From: Harriotta raleighana
Lineage: Eukaryota
Length of the DNA stretch: 64,000 nucleotides
Direction: 5' to 3'
NCBI GenBank assembly: GCA_050575255.1
Contig: JBNZDD010013577.1
Coordinates: 1,155,696-1,219,695 of the forward strand
Part shown: positions 12,200 to 25,275 of the stretch, one piece after another
Position numbering within the stretch: position 1 is the first letter of the stretch
Layout: the number at the start of each line of letters is the position of its first letter
Program-made: the position numbers and the translations under genes
The notes under the pieces: model-generated
Databases searched by the model: none
Told to the model about the DNA's origin: nothing
The model's input: the letters and a program-made list of their open reading frames with translations, nothing else

Positions 12200-12935
12200 C
12201 AGCACAGATGGAGGCCATTCGGCCCATCATGTCTGTGCCAGCTGTTTTCAAACAGCTATTCAAATCAATCCCACTCAACCTCTCCCTTTCCGAAGCCTTG
12301 CAAACGTGTCCTTCCTAAATAATTATCTACAGTACTTCTCTCTCTTAGTATCGATACAGCTTCCACCACACTTTCAGGCAATGCATTCCAGAACCGAACA
12401 AGTTGCCACATGAAAAGATTTTTCCTCAGCTCCCCACTGTTTCTTTTAACAACTATTTTAAATTAGTGTCCTTGGGTTACCGACCCATTTGCCAGTGGAA
12501 ATAGCTTCTCCTTTTGCACCCTATCAAATCCCCTCAAAATTTTGAAAACTTCTGTTAAGTCTCCTCTCAATCTTCTCTGCTCCAAGAAGAATAATCCTAT
12601 CTTCTCTAGCCTCTCCTGATCACTGAAATCCCAAATTCCTGGTACCATCCAGGTAAATCTCCTTTACGCCCTCTCCAATACCTTAACATCCTTCCTAAAG
12701 TGTGGTGCCCAGAACTGAACACGGTAATCTAGCTGAGGCCTAACCAGCATTTTATAAATGTTCATCATGACTGCCTGACTTTTGTACTCTATGCCCCTAT
12801 TTATAAAGCGTAGAATCCCATATGCTTTTTTTTCAACAGCTTTATCTATCTGTCCTGTACCTTCAATGATTTATTTAATCATCCCCTTGGTGCCTCTGTT
12901 CCTTCACCCCCTTTAAGGTTCTACCATTTAGTTTA
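12200..12935 (-). mobile_element. CR1 LINE 3' fragment
   Basis: ERLEKIGLFFLEQRRLRGDLTEVFKILRGFDRV; 3' UTR motif ggaggccattcggccc. Confidence 0.9.
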
Positions 12936-13421
12936 TGGTATCCCGACACTGAGGGTTGGGAGTTTTCCCTATTGGCTACCATGCAAGCTGATGTGGCCTT
13001 AGCTGGACAAGCAGTGGGAAACTTTCCAATGTTTGCAATGGTACATGGCATATTTTTAGCTGGTTAAACAGGAGCAGTATTCCCAAAGCATACATTGAAT
13101 CCCCAAACACTGTGTCTTAATTTCCCAGGATTAGTAAAGTAATGAGGGTATACCATTCCAGAGAGAGACAAAGGGAAATCTGCATGTATATGAGGAATTC
13201 TCAGTAGTTTGGTTTGGATACTCTTCAACATGGTGAAAGATTTCCCGAAACACCAGCTAACCAAAAAAAACTTCAAATCAATGAAGGAATTTAATTTGTG
13301 ACCTTTCTGTCTGTATGCTCTAAACCTATACCAATTTTTTTAAATCCAGAATTAGTGAGTTTGATCAATGGGTATTTGTAGTGATCATTTAACAATCTGA
13401 TTGTACGTCTTTCTGTTGATG

Positions 13422-13768
13422 AATAATAATATAATAATAATATATAATATAATATAATCCTTGCATTTGATATAGCGCTTTTCACATCTTATCAATGTCC
13501 CAAAGCGCTTCATAGAATATACTGTAAAGTGAATTGACTGTATATTTGTGGGCGGAATGTGGCAGCCAATTGCGCAAAACAGTGTCCCACAAACAGTCAT
13601 GGATTGAAATGACCAATTTTATTATTGTGATTTTTTTTTTGGAGGGATTATTATTAGGCATGTGGAGTAAGGAAACTTGCCCAAGGTTTCGCCCTGATCT
13701 GCTTGGATTCGAATACAGGTCTCATGCTTGTAAGGCGAGTGCTCTAACCACTAAGCCACAGGAGCTCC
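13422..13768 (-). mobile_element. Full-length family A SINE (short subfamily)
   Basis: tRNA head with A/B boxes, Deu-type body, L2-like tail with (ATT)n. Confidence 0.93.
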
Positions 13769-14690
13769 ACGAAGACAGAAACTCACTAATTCTAATGGTC
13801 GGTAACTAAGTTACAAATGGCAATAATTTATGAGGCTTGCAAAAGTTGTTAAAACGAGATTTAAAAAAATAAAAGATGGCTAATTGGCTCATATGTTGTA
13901 ACATTTTATGATTCTTATGATGCCGCATGCCAAATTATAGCAACCAGACATGCAGTGCCAAGTTAGCATCTGAATCAAAACTTTTGAATGTTTGCTCATT
14001 CCCCAGAGCCACCAGTTAGAATATGCCTTAATCCCATTGAAATGTTTCAAGCGATGTACAAGTAATTACTCTCACATTGAGTGATTGTTTTTGCATGTAA
14101 ATATGGCAGCCATTTTGTTGGCCGACACAAGCCCACATGACCAGTTACTCTGCAGTAGCGTTGGCCGAGAGAATGGGAGAAACTTGTTTGTTGGCTGGAG
14201 ACTGAGAGAAAGCTTCCTTCTCCCAAGTATCCAGTGGGTGATATTGATAACATTCTTCACTTTAGTCAAGAATAAAATGACTATCCCTGAAAGCACCAAT
14301 TTAGAAAAAAGGAATGGAGAAAAGAGGGAACAAACTTGCAGTGTTCCACAATTGTAAGGGAAAACATGTCCAATTCTTTTGAGAAGCTTGAAGTGCTGGA
14401 ATCAGGAAATTTAGGATTGGAGAGGAAAGATATACTTTTATGGACTGACAATTGCATTGTGTGAACTATCACCAGTGATACTCACTGCATTATACTGCAT
14501 TATACTATATGGCATCTGTGGTTCCATATAGTATAAATAATTAATTCTTGCATTTGATATAACACCTGATCACATTGTCCAGACATCTCAAAGTGCTTCA
14601 GGATATTGTGTAAAGCAAATTAACTGTATATTTTGTGGGAGAATAACATAAATGTTCAAAGTTTCTAGTCAAGCATAATTCCGCCAGAGA

Positions 14691-14802
14691 ATCTGATCAA
14701 TGGTAGGGGACCAGAATCATTGACTCACTTTCTTTTCTCCATAGATGTTGCCTGACCCACTGATTGTTCCCAGCAACTATTGTTTTTGTTTCAGATTTCC
14801 AG
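14691..14802 (+). mobile_element. Penelope-like terminal-repeat remnant with decayed hammerhead-like core
   Basis: ctgatcaa-tggt..acca-gaatc-attgactc then ctccatagatgttgcctgacc...tgtttcagatttccag; homologous copy at 40949-41048 (-). Confidence 0.5.
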
Positions 14803-14844
14803 TAAAAAAGTAAACTCAGAACAATACCATAAGATGCATGAAGA

Positions 14845-15085
14845 CAGGAGACTAAAGGGCACAATTTTAAAATGTAATTTCGGGAACAGAATTTGATTTG
14901 CCTTTACTCAGAGGGTAATTAGTGACTGGAACAGATTGCCAGGCAGGGAGTGCTTGTGGTTGACTCTGTGGTTCCATTTAAAAAGCAGCAATGCTATGGT
15001 GGGAAGACTGTAGGTTAGATGTTTTGAAAAGAATAGGTCAAATAGCTGAAAGTCGCTTCTCATGAAACATATCTTATGATCTTGA
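14845..15085 (+). mobile_element. Old CR1 3' fragment
   Basis: actaaagggcaca...tttactcagagggtaatt...tggaac pattern of CR1 C-terminus; ends atcttatgatctt. Confidence 0.6.
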
Positions 15086-16339
15086 AATCATTTGTGGATG
15101 TTGAATGTAGCCTTGTCTCCACTTCCCCTTATCTCTTATGTCACAATTATTTGGGCACAACTGTCATTATTTTGTGGGGGGAGGGGAAGGAATGAATGAA
15201 TAAATGAATGAATGAGAGGGAGAGGTAGGATGGGGAGGTAGCTGAACCAAATATAAGCCAAAGTCCCAATACAGAGCTTCTTGAACTCACAATCTTCTTG
15301 ATGTGAAAGGCGGTATGTAAATGTAATTTTGTTGTTCTGACAATTGAGTGACGATTGAGTTATTGACTGAGTCAAACTGTTAACTCGAAGCAAACAGTGT
15401 GGGCTCTGGGGGGAGCACTAGGCACAACTGAGGCTCCTTTTCGCAATGAAGGTTAATACTTTAGTATATAGCCTGAAAACTACAATCAATGTATATTTTA
15501 TGATTGCCTTTGACTAGAATCATTTACAGTATCAGTACTTAACCAGCTTTATTGAGTGAACTCGGTAATTACCTTAGAAGGTAATAGTCTCGTCTGACAT
15601 TCTAAACCATGCATAATAAATGGCCCCAACTGTAGGTATTTCACCATTTGTTCTAATAATTTATTACAAGTAGTCAACCTTTAAGGGCCATAACTTTACA
15701 GATAATCATCATAAATTAATGTTTAAAAAATATTGTTGCAACATCTGCAATTCAAGCACAGCATTGACATTCAGCATTATTTTGGAGACTGATGGGGCCT
15801 GGATTGATTTGCAGGACACATTCTGCTTTAAAGGAACACTGACTTCCTGGGGGAAAAAAATTGTGATACCCCATTGCAAGCAGCTGAAATGTGTGACAAG
15901 GTATATCACATCCTGTGTTGTTTGTGCACCCAGGTTGTATCTGCTGGTTCAGGTGAGCATTGAAGATGCCACGCCACTTCTCAAAAAGAGAAAGGAGTTT
16001 CTCCCAGTGTCCTGGCCAACAGTCACGCAAATAAAATTGATCATTTGTTTCATGTTTGTGAGATGTTGCTGTGTGCAAATGGGTCACTGCTTTCCCCTAA
16101 GAATACACCTTCTTTTCCCAGTAATTCCTAATCCTTCTGACGTAAAAGGCACTCTGTTAAATACAATGATTATTATTACTAATAATGTGCGAATACAATT
16201 CCAGGGATTCTGTTTTAAGAGGCTGCAAACACTGTATTTTTCTTTAGTAACTGTTGATCTGTTGATGAATCAGGTTAACATCCGTGGAAGGAAAGATAAT
16301 AGAATTCTTACTGAAGGAGGTAATAGAAAAGCATCTAGA

Positions 16340-17895
16340 AATAGAAATTATAATAAAGAATAGTCAGCACGATTTCAAAAAGGAAGATCATGCTTGACCA
16401 ACCTCATTGAATTTATTGAAGGGGTAACAGAAAGAGTAGACAATGGTAATGGGATAGATGTAATATATTCGGATTTCCAAAAGGCGTTTGATAAGGTACC
16501 ACATGGTACACTTATGAATAAGGTCTGAGCTTGTGGAACCACAGGAAAAGTAGCAGAATGGATAGCAGGCTGGCTACAAGACAAAAAACAGAGAGTTGGG
16601 GTAAAGGGTAACTACTAAGACTGGCAGAGGGTTGGGGGTGGTGTTCCACAAGGATTGGTATTGGTATTGTTCACAATATACATTAATGATTTGGACTCGG
16701 GAATCAACAGTACAATTTCAAAATTACAGCGAGGCATCAATAAACTTGCTGAATGAGCATTTAAATGGCAAATGCATTTCAATGGAGAAAAATGTGAGGT
16801 GGTACATTTTGGTATGAGGAATATGGGAGTCATATATACCCTAGAAAATAAAACCCTAAGCGGGGTAGAGGAGCAAAGGGATCTAGGGGTTCACATACAC
16901 AATTCACTAAAAGTAGCAACACATGTTAATAAGGCCATAGAAAAGGCAATCCAGATGTTGGGGTTCATTTCTAGAGAGATAGAAATGAAAAGCAGAAAAA
17001 TGATGGTAAACTTATATGGAATCTTGGTTAGACAACACTTAGAATACTGTGTAGTTATGGGCCCAACATTATCGAAAGCATATAGAGGCACTGGAGAAGG
17101 TGCAAAGAAGATTCACAAGGATGATTCCAGAACTGAGAGGTTATATCTATTAGGAAAGGCTGAACAAGCCTGGACTCTTCTCTTGAAAAGAGAAGGGTAA
17201 GGGGTGACCTGATAGAGTTAATATAGTAAAACCTTGTTCATCCGTGACCCGATCAACCGGATTGCTCGACCCTCTCCCAGGGCAATTCACCAATCCAGAA
17301 TCGCGAGTTTCCTCATTTTGCGTGCAATGTGTGCGCGTGCGCACTTAGTAAATTTACGAACTTGTTTTTTTTACCAATCGGTTTATTGGTAAATATCCAC
17401 ACAATACTCTGTTACTATTTAGTCTATTATTAACATGGTATGTTTTAAAATAAGTTAATTTTTTATGTTGGGTTTTCGGCAACTTATCCCCCGTTTATCC
17501 GGCAGAGTCAAATAGTCGATCCCNCCCCCCCCCCCCGAGCGTGCCGGATAAACGAGGTTTTACTGTATTATGAAAGGTTTTGATAAGGTAGACATAGAGA
17601 AGATGCATTTGCAGGCGAGACCAAAACCAGGGACCATCAATATAAAATAGTCACAAATTGATCAAATCGGGAAGTTAGAAATAAATTTCTTTACACAGAG
17701 AGTAGTGGGACTTGCTAGCACAAGGCGTTTTGAAGCAAACAGCATAGATGTATTTAAGGGGACGCTAGATAGTTACATGAGGGTGAAAGGAATAGAAGAT
17801 TATGCTTGTAGGCTTAGTTGAGAAAGGGAAGCGGGAGGCTCATGTGGAGCATAAACGCTGGCATAGACCAGTTGGACCTAATTCTTTGTTTCATA
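16340..17895 (+). mobile_element. CR1 LINE, 5'-truncated, decayed RT, interrupted by a MITE
   Basis: SQHDFKKGRSCLTNLIEF, DFQKAFDKVPH, HFNGEKCEVVHFG, LVRQHLEYCV; stops and deletions. Confidence 0.93.
17224..17565. mobile_element. Tigger/pogo-like MITE with TA target duplication
   Basis: TA-tagtaaaaccttgttcatccg ... ccggataaacgaggttttactg-TA terminal inverted repeats; CR1 sequence continues on both sides. Confidence 0.88.
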
Positions 17896-18009
17896 TTCTA
17901 ATGTATGGGTCTCTTTGTCCCTCTCTTGCGTTCTTGTGTGTTAAATATTAAACACATATATATAGACTCATGATATATTTTGCATATACAAACATCATAG
18001 AATAAAGAA

Positions 18010-18793
18010 TGTTCGACCCCAAACTATCCTTCCTCCCCCACATCCGCTCCATGACCGGCACAGTCTTCCACCACCTCCGCAATATTGCCCGACTCTGCCA
18101 CTACCTCACCCGCCATGCTGCCAAAACCCTCATTCACGCCTTTATCACTTCCAGGCTTGACTACGGGAACTCTCTCCTCGTCGGCCTTCCCAACTCCCCC
18201 CTTCACAGGCTGCAGATCATTCAGAATTCTCCCCCCTGTACTCTCCCACACCAGGCTTTGTAATCACATCACTCCCACCCTCACCTGTCTCCCCTGGCTC
18301 CCCATCCCTCAGAGGATTGAATTCAAGATCCTTGTCCTCACTTTCAAGGCCATTCATGGCGTTGCACCAGCCTATCTCTCTGACTTGCTGTCTCCCTATC
18401 AGCCTGCCCGCACCCTCCATTCAGCAGACTCAGGCCTACTCCGCGTCCACCGCACTAACACCCAACCATCGGTGGCCGGGCTTTCAGCTTCTTTGCCCCC
18501 ACACTTTGGAAATCCAACCTGCAGTTCCTCCGCCTTGCTTCCTCCCTTTCCTCCTTCAAGACTTTCCTCTTCGACCATCCCTTCGGCTCCCCCACCAACT
18601 TTTAACCCTCTCCCACTCTCCTTCCCTCTCCCCCTACCCCCGACTCACCCCCTCACCCTGCTTGGGTCCTGACCTGACTGTTCTGCACTTTGGGACGTCC
18701 TCCCGACATGAAAGGTGCTATATTCACGTAAGGTCCACCTGAAAATAACCAGATGGGTCCTTAGTGCATTGTGTAATTTTGTTGTTGTTGTTG
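18010..18793 (+). mobile_element. L2 LINE 3' fragment (relatively young)
   Basis: FDPKLSFLPHIRS...AKTLIHAFITSRLDYGNSLLVGLP; WLPIPQRIEFKILVLTFKAIHG; tail tgtaattttgttgttgttg. Confidence 0.95.
18722..18772 (-). repeat. 51-bp inverted copy of 20316-20366 inserted in the L2 tail
   Basis: 50/51 identity to the reverse complement of 20316-20366. Confidence 0.92.
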
Positions 18794-19069
18794 TACATCT
18801 CACCAATGCTAAAAGATATTTATCACAAAACTACAGTGATCTACCAACTGCATTATGAAGTTGGTACCAAACACATATGAAGTTTCCATCCCTCGCATGA
18901 GATTATAGTGTCAAGATCATTGCACACTGTCTGTTATTGTGTATACATAGGAGATGATTCTTGTATATGTGCTGTGTGATATTCTTACAGTAGACCCCTG
19001 TTATAAGGCAACAGGAGTGGTGCATAACATTCCAAATACCTTATAACCCGGCCTGATCCAGAGCCATAC

Positions 19070-19200
19070 AAATCTCCACCTCTCCGATACACCTCTATTC
19101 TCTTCATGCATGAATCAAGTTTCCACTTAAATACACTGATGCTTTTTGGTTCAACCACAGCTTCCAGCAGTGAGTTCCGCATTCTCACCACCCTCTGAGC
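19070..19200 (-). mobile_element. CR1 3' fragment
   Basis: QRVVRMRNSLLEAVVEPKSISVFKWKLDSCM matches the CR1 ORF2 C-terminus. Confidence 0.75.
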
Positions 19201-21935
19201 TTGAAATGAAAGGCAATGTTGTGGTTTCAAATCCTGATGTTGCATTGATATATTTTGAAGTGTGACATTGGGATTTCAAGCACGATTTGAAGCGTGACAA
19301 CTGATGTTGGGATTTGGTGGTAAGAGAATGTCAGGGTCCAAAACTCCATGATGGGCTTCATATAAGTGAACCAACATTTTAATGAAGCATATTATTTCTG
19401 TTACAGTTTGAAGCTGCTGCATGACTTGGGGCTGGAAGATCTATCAAGTGATGATGTAGGGTGGGAAGGTGCATCGATCTTATGCTGTTGCACCTGCAGA
19501 AATATGGGGTATTTTATGTAGTTCTGAAATTCACATTAGATTCACGAGCTGCAATATTAGTCAGTTGTAGTCATATTCAGTACTTTGCATCCATTACACA
19601 AAGTGACAATAGAGATAGCTGTCTATGAAAACATGAAAATGGTTTTAATATTTTCAGTGCTCACTACTGCCCCACAATCCCTAAATATTTCCCTTGCTTC
19701 AGGTGATGTCTTGCATTGGAGAGGTTCTTCACGCAGTGTTTGCATGAAACAAGTCTACGTTGCATATAAATGTATATAATTGGCATTATCCATCTGAAGA
19801 GCTGGGATTAAATAAAAGAGTGCAGTACCTCTGGCCATTGTAAATGAGAACATTGAGCACCTTGAGAATGTGAATAATGATGAGCCCAGGCTGTTCAAGA
19901 GAAAGGAAACTTTCCCCCAGGAACATATTTCAAATTACTTATTTATGAACTGATGGACTGGGGACCACCCATAGAGAGGCAGGGTCAGCAATCTGCTGCC
20001 GTGCTGTAAAGCAAGTCTAACTAATTGCACGCAATTATCTGTCATAAATCCAAGCTGCCGTTACCGAGGATCAATTGACTGGTGAGTACTGAAAATATGG
20101 TGATTCTCTAGCCTCAAAGAATGGGAGACAAAGGATGGGCTGCAATGGTGATCGACCTTGCTGCAATTCAGCAAGTCAAGACTTCAGGAACTCAGTGCAA
20201 GATTTCGATTCCACTTCAGATCTACCAAGCATCTTAATTTTGACTTTTACATCTGTAATCCTACTAACCTTCTACGCATTGTTTTAATACCACAAATACC
20301 CTCCCTTTGGTTGAGACAATGCACTAAGGACCCATCTGGTTATTTTCAGGTGGACCTTACATGAATTGCAAAGAGAGGGGAAATCTTTCCAGCCAACAAT
20401 CCTCCAGATTAATTGGTCATTTGTCTCATGACTGTTGATAAAACCTTGCATTGTGCAAAATTGGTCCCACTTTTGCAGACAAAAACAGCCACTAAACTTG
20501 ATAGCAATTACCTTTGAAATGGTTTGAGACATTTCAATATGAAAAAGTGTTACATTATATTCAGGTGTTATATCATTTACACATATGATATTTTCATAAC
20601 TAAACTTAGTTATTTTTATCTGCATTGTACTTTTCCTGGTCATGGAATTGTTATGCCCAAGTGTAGGTCAAGACAACAGGAAGTATTCTTCAACAAGAAG
20701 TTACCCAACAGATGGAACATGTAGCAAGGTTGCAGTCAGGACTCAAGATTATTTGATGAAGATTAGCTTGAATCTGTAATGGGGCGGCAGTGTGGATTGT
20801 ATTCCCGAAAGCTCAGAACAAATAGTCTTCAATCAAACTTCTATGGTGATCTGTACTGTGCCCCAACACTGGCAGTACCTTCATCCAGAAGAGAAACCCT
20901 CTGCTACCTTTGTGGCCTCCCTGAATTCCAGGAGATCTGGACTGTGGCCAACGTTAGACTGATTTCCCAAAGGAGTCTTATTATTAGAGAAGAGAGAGGA
21001 GATTTCCATCCCAGCAGAATGGAATGGATTTGACCCCGGAGCTCAAAAAGTTACAACCCACAACACCACTCCATCCTCTCATCGATGTTCACCCAATGGC
21101 TTGTGACATTATCACTACAGGATTTATTGTAAATTAATCTGTAGTTGATTGCTGAGAAATTCTGTGCCCAGTATAATGGAGTTTTACCATAAAAATATCT
21201 TAATGTCGTACCATCAAGGGAAGGAAAAGGCTTTCTTATATCCAATTATTCATATTAAATATAAAAAGAATAAATTAGTGCCTGAGCAAATGTTCCCTTT
21301 AATTGAGCATTGCCATTAACAATGTGTCTGCTATTTGGCATGCATGGTGTTAGGGGAACGATTGACACAGACTAGCATTATTTGTGTAAAAGATGCATTT
21401 TCATTTTTGTTATATTGCTCTCAGTCCACATAACAGCACAATACTCAGATTATAACAGGCGGGCTTTGATCTTCGATTTGTGAATTAAAAAGTAATATAT
21501 TCCATTAGGACTCTACCCAGCTCACTGCATTGATATTAAACTATAGATCAATAGAGTTGATATTTTAACTCATCCTCTGTGTGAGAGCAGACCTGTCACT
21601 CTCTTTCTCCGCACTAATGGGTTCTTAGTCTCACATGTTTTATTGTTCCAGAATGGCTCATAAGAAGTAACCAAAATGATTTGATGAGAAAAAAAAGTGT
21701 TTAAAAAATACACTGCAAATGAGGTGTTTAAATATTAAAAGGAACATATGTGCCGGCTGAAGCTATGCACTTAACTTCAGTACCCGAAACTAACCTTTCA
21801 CAAGCCAACAAGAGCTTTCTGAAAAAGCTGAATTATTATACACATTGTGATCTGGTTCACTGCTTTTTTGCGTAAAATCTGTTTTCTGCACAATATTTTC
21901 CACTAGTCAGAAATTCACAAAAAGCTGCTTGTTAG

Positions 21936-22385
21936 GTGTCAGTTTGAATCTGTTAGTAGGATACTCACCTGTGAGTCATAAGGCTGAAGCTTCCAGCTTC
22001 ATTCAGTCTAGGCTGACGCTCTAGTGCAGTGCTGGGGGCATGCTGCACTATTGGCATGCGTGGTCCTTTGAGACATTAAACCAAGGCCCCACCGGCTGGT
22101 TCAGGTGGATTAGAAAGATCCTATGGCACTATTTCAAAGGTGCTCTATACATGTAATTTTATTTTGTATTTGAAAAACAAAGGAAATTTCTCCCGGTGCC
22201 CTTACCAACAATCCCCCAAATAAAAAGGGTTATTTATTTCATGGCTATTTGTGACACATTGTTGTACACAAATTGGCTGCAATATTTAATACAAGCACTC
22301 CACGTTACCACATATCATTATTATTATTATATCCTGCAAAGCATTTTTGGACATCTTCCTGATTAAAGAACACTAGATCAATTAT
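21936..22385 (+). mobile_element. Old Deu-type SINE (family B)
   Basis: Decayed tRNA head, gtctaggctgacgctctagtgcagtgctgg, ttcaggtggat...gatcctatggcactattt, aaattggctgc. Confidence 0.75.
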
Positions 22386-23419
22386 AAGGATCCATTGTTA
22401 CATTTTATTCTTGTATTCAGCACATTTGCACAATTTCTTAGTTGCTAATGTTTGGTAATGTTTCTAAAATTGCACTTATTTTTCTAGCAACCCTTCTCTT
22501 TTTAATTTCTACATAACAGAGGGAAAAAAACACCTTGATTTAAGAAGATGATGATTTTTGTCACCAATTAGCTTTTTTTAATGCTGCAGTTACAATTAGT
22601 GCCATTGTATCTTAAGTCACCACACTCTGCATAGAGCAGCTATGAAGGCTGGTTTAATTTGGCACTGGCATTGCCTCTACCAACTCAGCCACTGGAGGAA
22701 GTTGACAAGGTGGCAATCTAATCAAATCTAACACCAGGAAGAACTGACAATACAATTCTTATTAATTAATTGGGGATTGGTCACATCGGCAAATCCTAAT
22801 CCCCCATTTCCCTCCCTATCCCGTCCCACCTCGGGTCTGACACTGACACTGTCCAGCGCCTTGGGACGTCCTCCTGATGTGAAAGGCACCATACAAGTGT
22901 AATATTGTTGTTGTTCATTGGAATTTCAGTCTAGACAGTCGGGAAGCAAGAGGAAGTCAATTGTAATTGGAAGTTTTCAATAGTTTGTTACATTAACAAT
23001 AGCAATCCTTACATTTGATATAGCACCTCATCGTTTTTAAAGAACTTTACAGAAATAAACTATAGTGGCTGTGCATTTGTAGACGAACACAGCAGCTAAT
23101 GTGCACACAGCAATGTCCCATTAACATCCATAAAGTAAATGATCAATTTTATCCGGGGACACTTTTTTCGCTTGTCTGTCATATTCGTTTCTAGGCTCAC
23201 ACATGAAGAATAGTCACTTGGGCAAGGGATCAGATAGTGTCTAGGGTCTGTAGAATCATGAGTCTGTGTCTCTGGGAGTGGAAGGGAAACTTTTGCCTAA
23301 TGTGGATCGTGAGAGTGGCTGTATACCTTCACTCAACCACACTCAATACCAACCTCCTAAAATTTTAACAACTCTTATTTTATCTCAGCTTGTCAAGTCT
23401 AAACCTCTTAGTGTTTGTA

Positions 23420-23660
23420 AGAAATTACTTTCAAGATTGCCTTTGTCGGTAAATGCAGCAGCCATGTATGCACAGCGAGGTCTCACAAAAGAGGGCTGGG
23501 ATGGAAGACCAATTAAACTGCAAACTTTGATATTCACCTCAAAAAGGGGATTGGGCATCGGTTTAACATCTAACATCTTGAGCTTGAACTCAAATCCTGA
23601 CGTGAAGCCTCAAACATCTGTCACAGTGGCAAGAATGCTACAAATTGAGCCAGGCTGACA
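23420..23660 (-). mobile_element. Old Deu-type SINE (family B), internally deleted
   Basis: gcagccatgtatgcacagc and head gaatgctacaaattgagccaggctgaca in reverse. Confidence 0.65.
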
Positions 23661-24269
23661 CAGCATTCTATGGAATACATTTTGATGTGGTCAACAGATG
23701 GGATTCCCTTTGCTCACACAACAATGTCACATCAGGTAACACTACCATTGGTACTTTCTTTGTAAACCCACACCATTATTAATGAGGTACCAGACCAAAT
23801 ATGCTTTTTCTGTATAAATGGGGCATATGTGTGTGTGTGTGTGTTTATACCTGAGTAGGGTGGTGGAGGGGGTGCTGAGAATTAGACATATTCTTAATAG
23901 TCCTGTGGCACAACATTACACAGAACATTCAGAATGACAGCTCTGTGTAAAAATTCCATTGGCCATCTGCTTTACAGATGTAATGTAGTTTTATTTTAGT
24001 GAACATTTTTTCAGACAGTTAATCAAAGCTGCATGTTTTTTTTTGCTGTGTAGCTCACTTTGACACAACATTCACAACCTCAGTCGCAAATTGGCAATAA
24101 GTGCTGAGTTTTGTTTGAGAAATGTAAAATACCAGTGGTGTAAAATTTGTGCAGTTGATTACTCGAGCAATGATAAATGAATACTTATTATCAATTGTGC
24201 AATAAGTATATCATGGTTTAGCATTCTGTTAATCTGAGATAGCCGTGATGCAGTTTGTGAGGTATATTA

Positions 24270-24600
24270 TGCCAGTTTGGCTCAGTTGGTAGCAATCACG
24301 CCTTTGGGTCAGAAGGCTGTGGGTTCAAGCTTCATGTCAAGATGTAAACTCACGACCTAGACTAACATTCCAGGTCAGGGGAGAATCCTTTAAACCGAGG
24401 ATCTGTGTCTCTGTTCTTCAAATGACTAAAAAATGCTTGTTCAAAAAGAGAAGGGTGTTTGGTGTTCAGTCTCTAGATAATTGGTCTGCTTTTGGAACTT
24501 TGCTGCTGGAAATGACTGCCATATTTGCCTAGAAGGATATTCACTACATTTGACAGTAATAACCTAAGAAGTACTTTGAGACGTTTTGAAGTGATTAAGT
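24270..24600 (+). mobile_element. Old Deu-type SINE (family B)
   Basis: gccagtttggctcagttggtagc...ggctgtgggttcaagc head, decayed body. Confidence 0.7.
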
Positions 24601-25009
24601 CGGCTTTTTGTCCTGAAGCCCAAAAGCACTATCTTTGCAGTTATTCTTGTTCCTTTGTCTGTACTGGGAGCTTGTTGCACATGTCTATTTTACACCACTT
24701 GCTCCAGCATTTCCTGTTTTCTATCATTACCCTTAGTTTAAAAGATATGGCCTTTGTTTGTCAATATTATCCTATGGCAGAAGAGCATGAATCTTCATTA
24801 AAAGAACATTCGCAATGTGGCCAGTAACCCTCAGGTTCCACATTGGATTCGAAATAGGACATCACACCGAGATTGGATTTCTCATTTCAACAAATAATGA
24901 ACCTAACTGGATATACAAATTTGTTGATTGTGTGTTAAAGAACAAGAACATTTTTGTGTTGAAATCCATTTCAGCACATTTGATCTTATCTTTTAGATAC
25001 ATTTAAAAA

Positions 25010-25275
25010 AATATTTGCTCACCTAGCAGTAAGTAGGAACCCAGTTTTTGGTCAATTGGCACATCACTTTCTGCTGTGAATAATCCTCTCCCTTCCAAAA
25101 TAATTTGGGTCACTAAATCCATGAGTGTTTGTAACAAATTGCCCCGTTTCGCCCACAAAGTACATGATCAATCAATTTTACAATATATTTAGTTAAGTGC
25201 TTTGAGATAGCAGAATGTGATAAGACACTATATCAAATGCAAAGATTATTATTATTAACCGTATTATTATGATTA
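25010..25275 (+). mobile_element. Family A SINE, long subfamily, headless and decayed
   Basis: acctagcagtaagtaggaaccc central segment and caaatgcaaagattattatt tail. Confidence 0.75.

Noticed and set aside
15719-16363. 214-aa ORF as a host gene
   Set aside because: Runs through a decayed Deu SINE into a CR1 edge; no recognisable domain.
19407-19780. Possible exons (LKLLHDLGLEDLSSDDVGWE; GDVLHWRG...)
   Set aside because: Weak donor (gtgcat), second segment soon hits a stop, no homology recognised.
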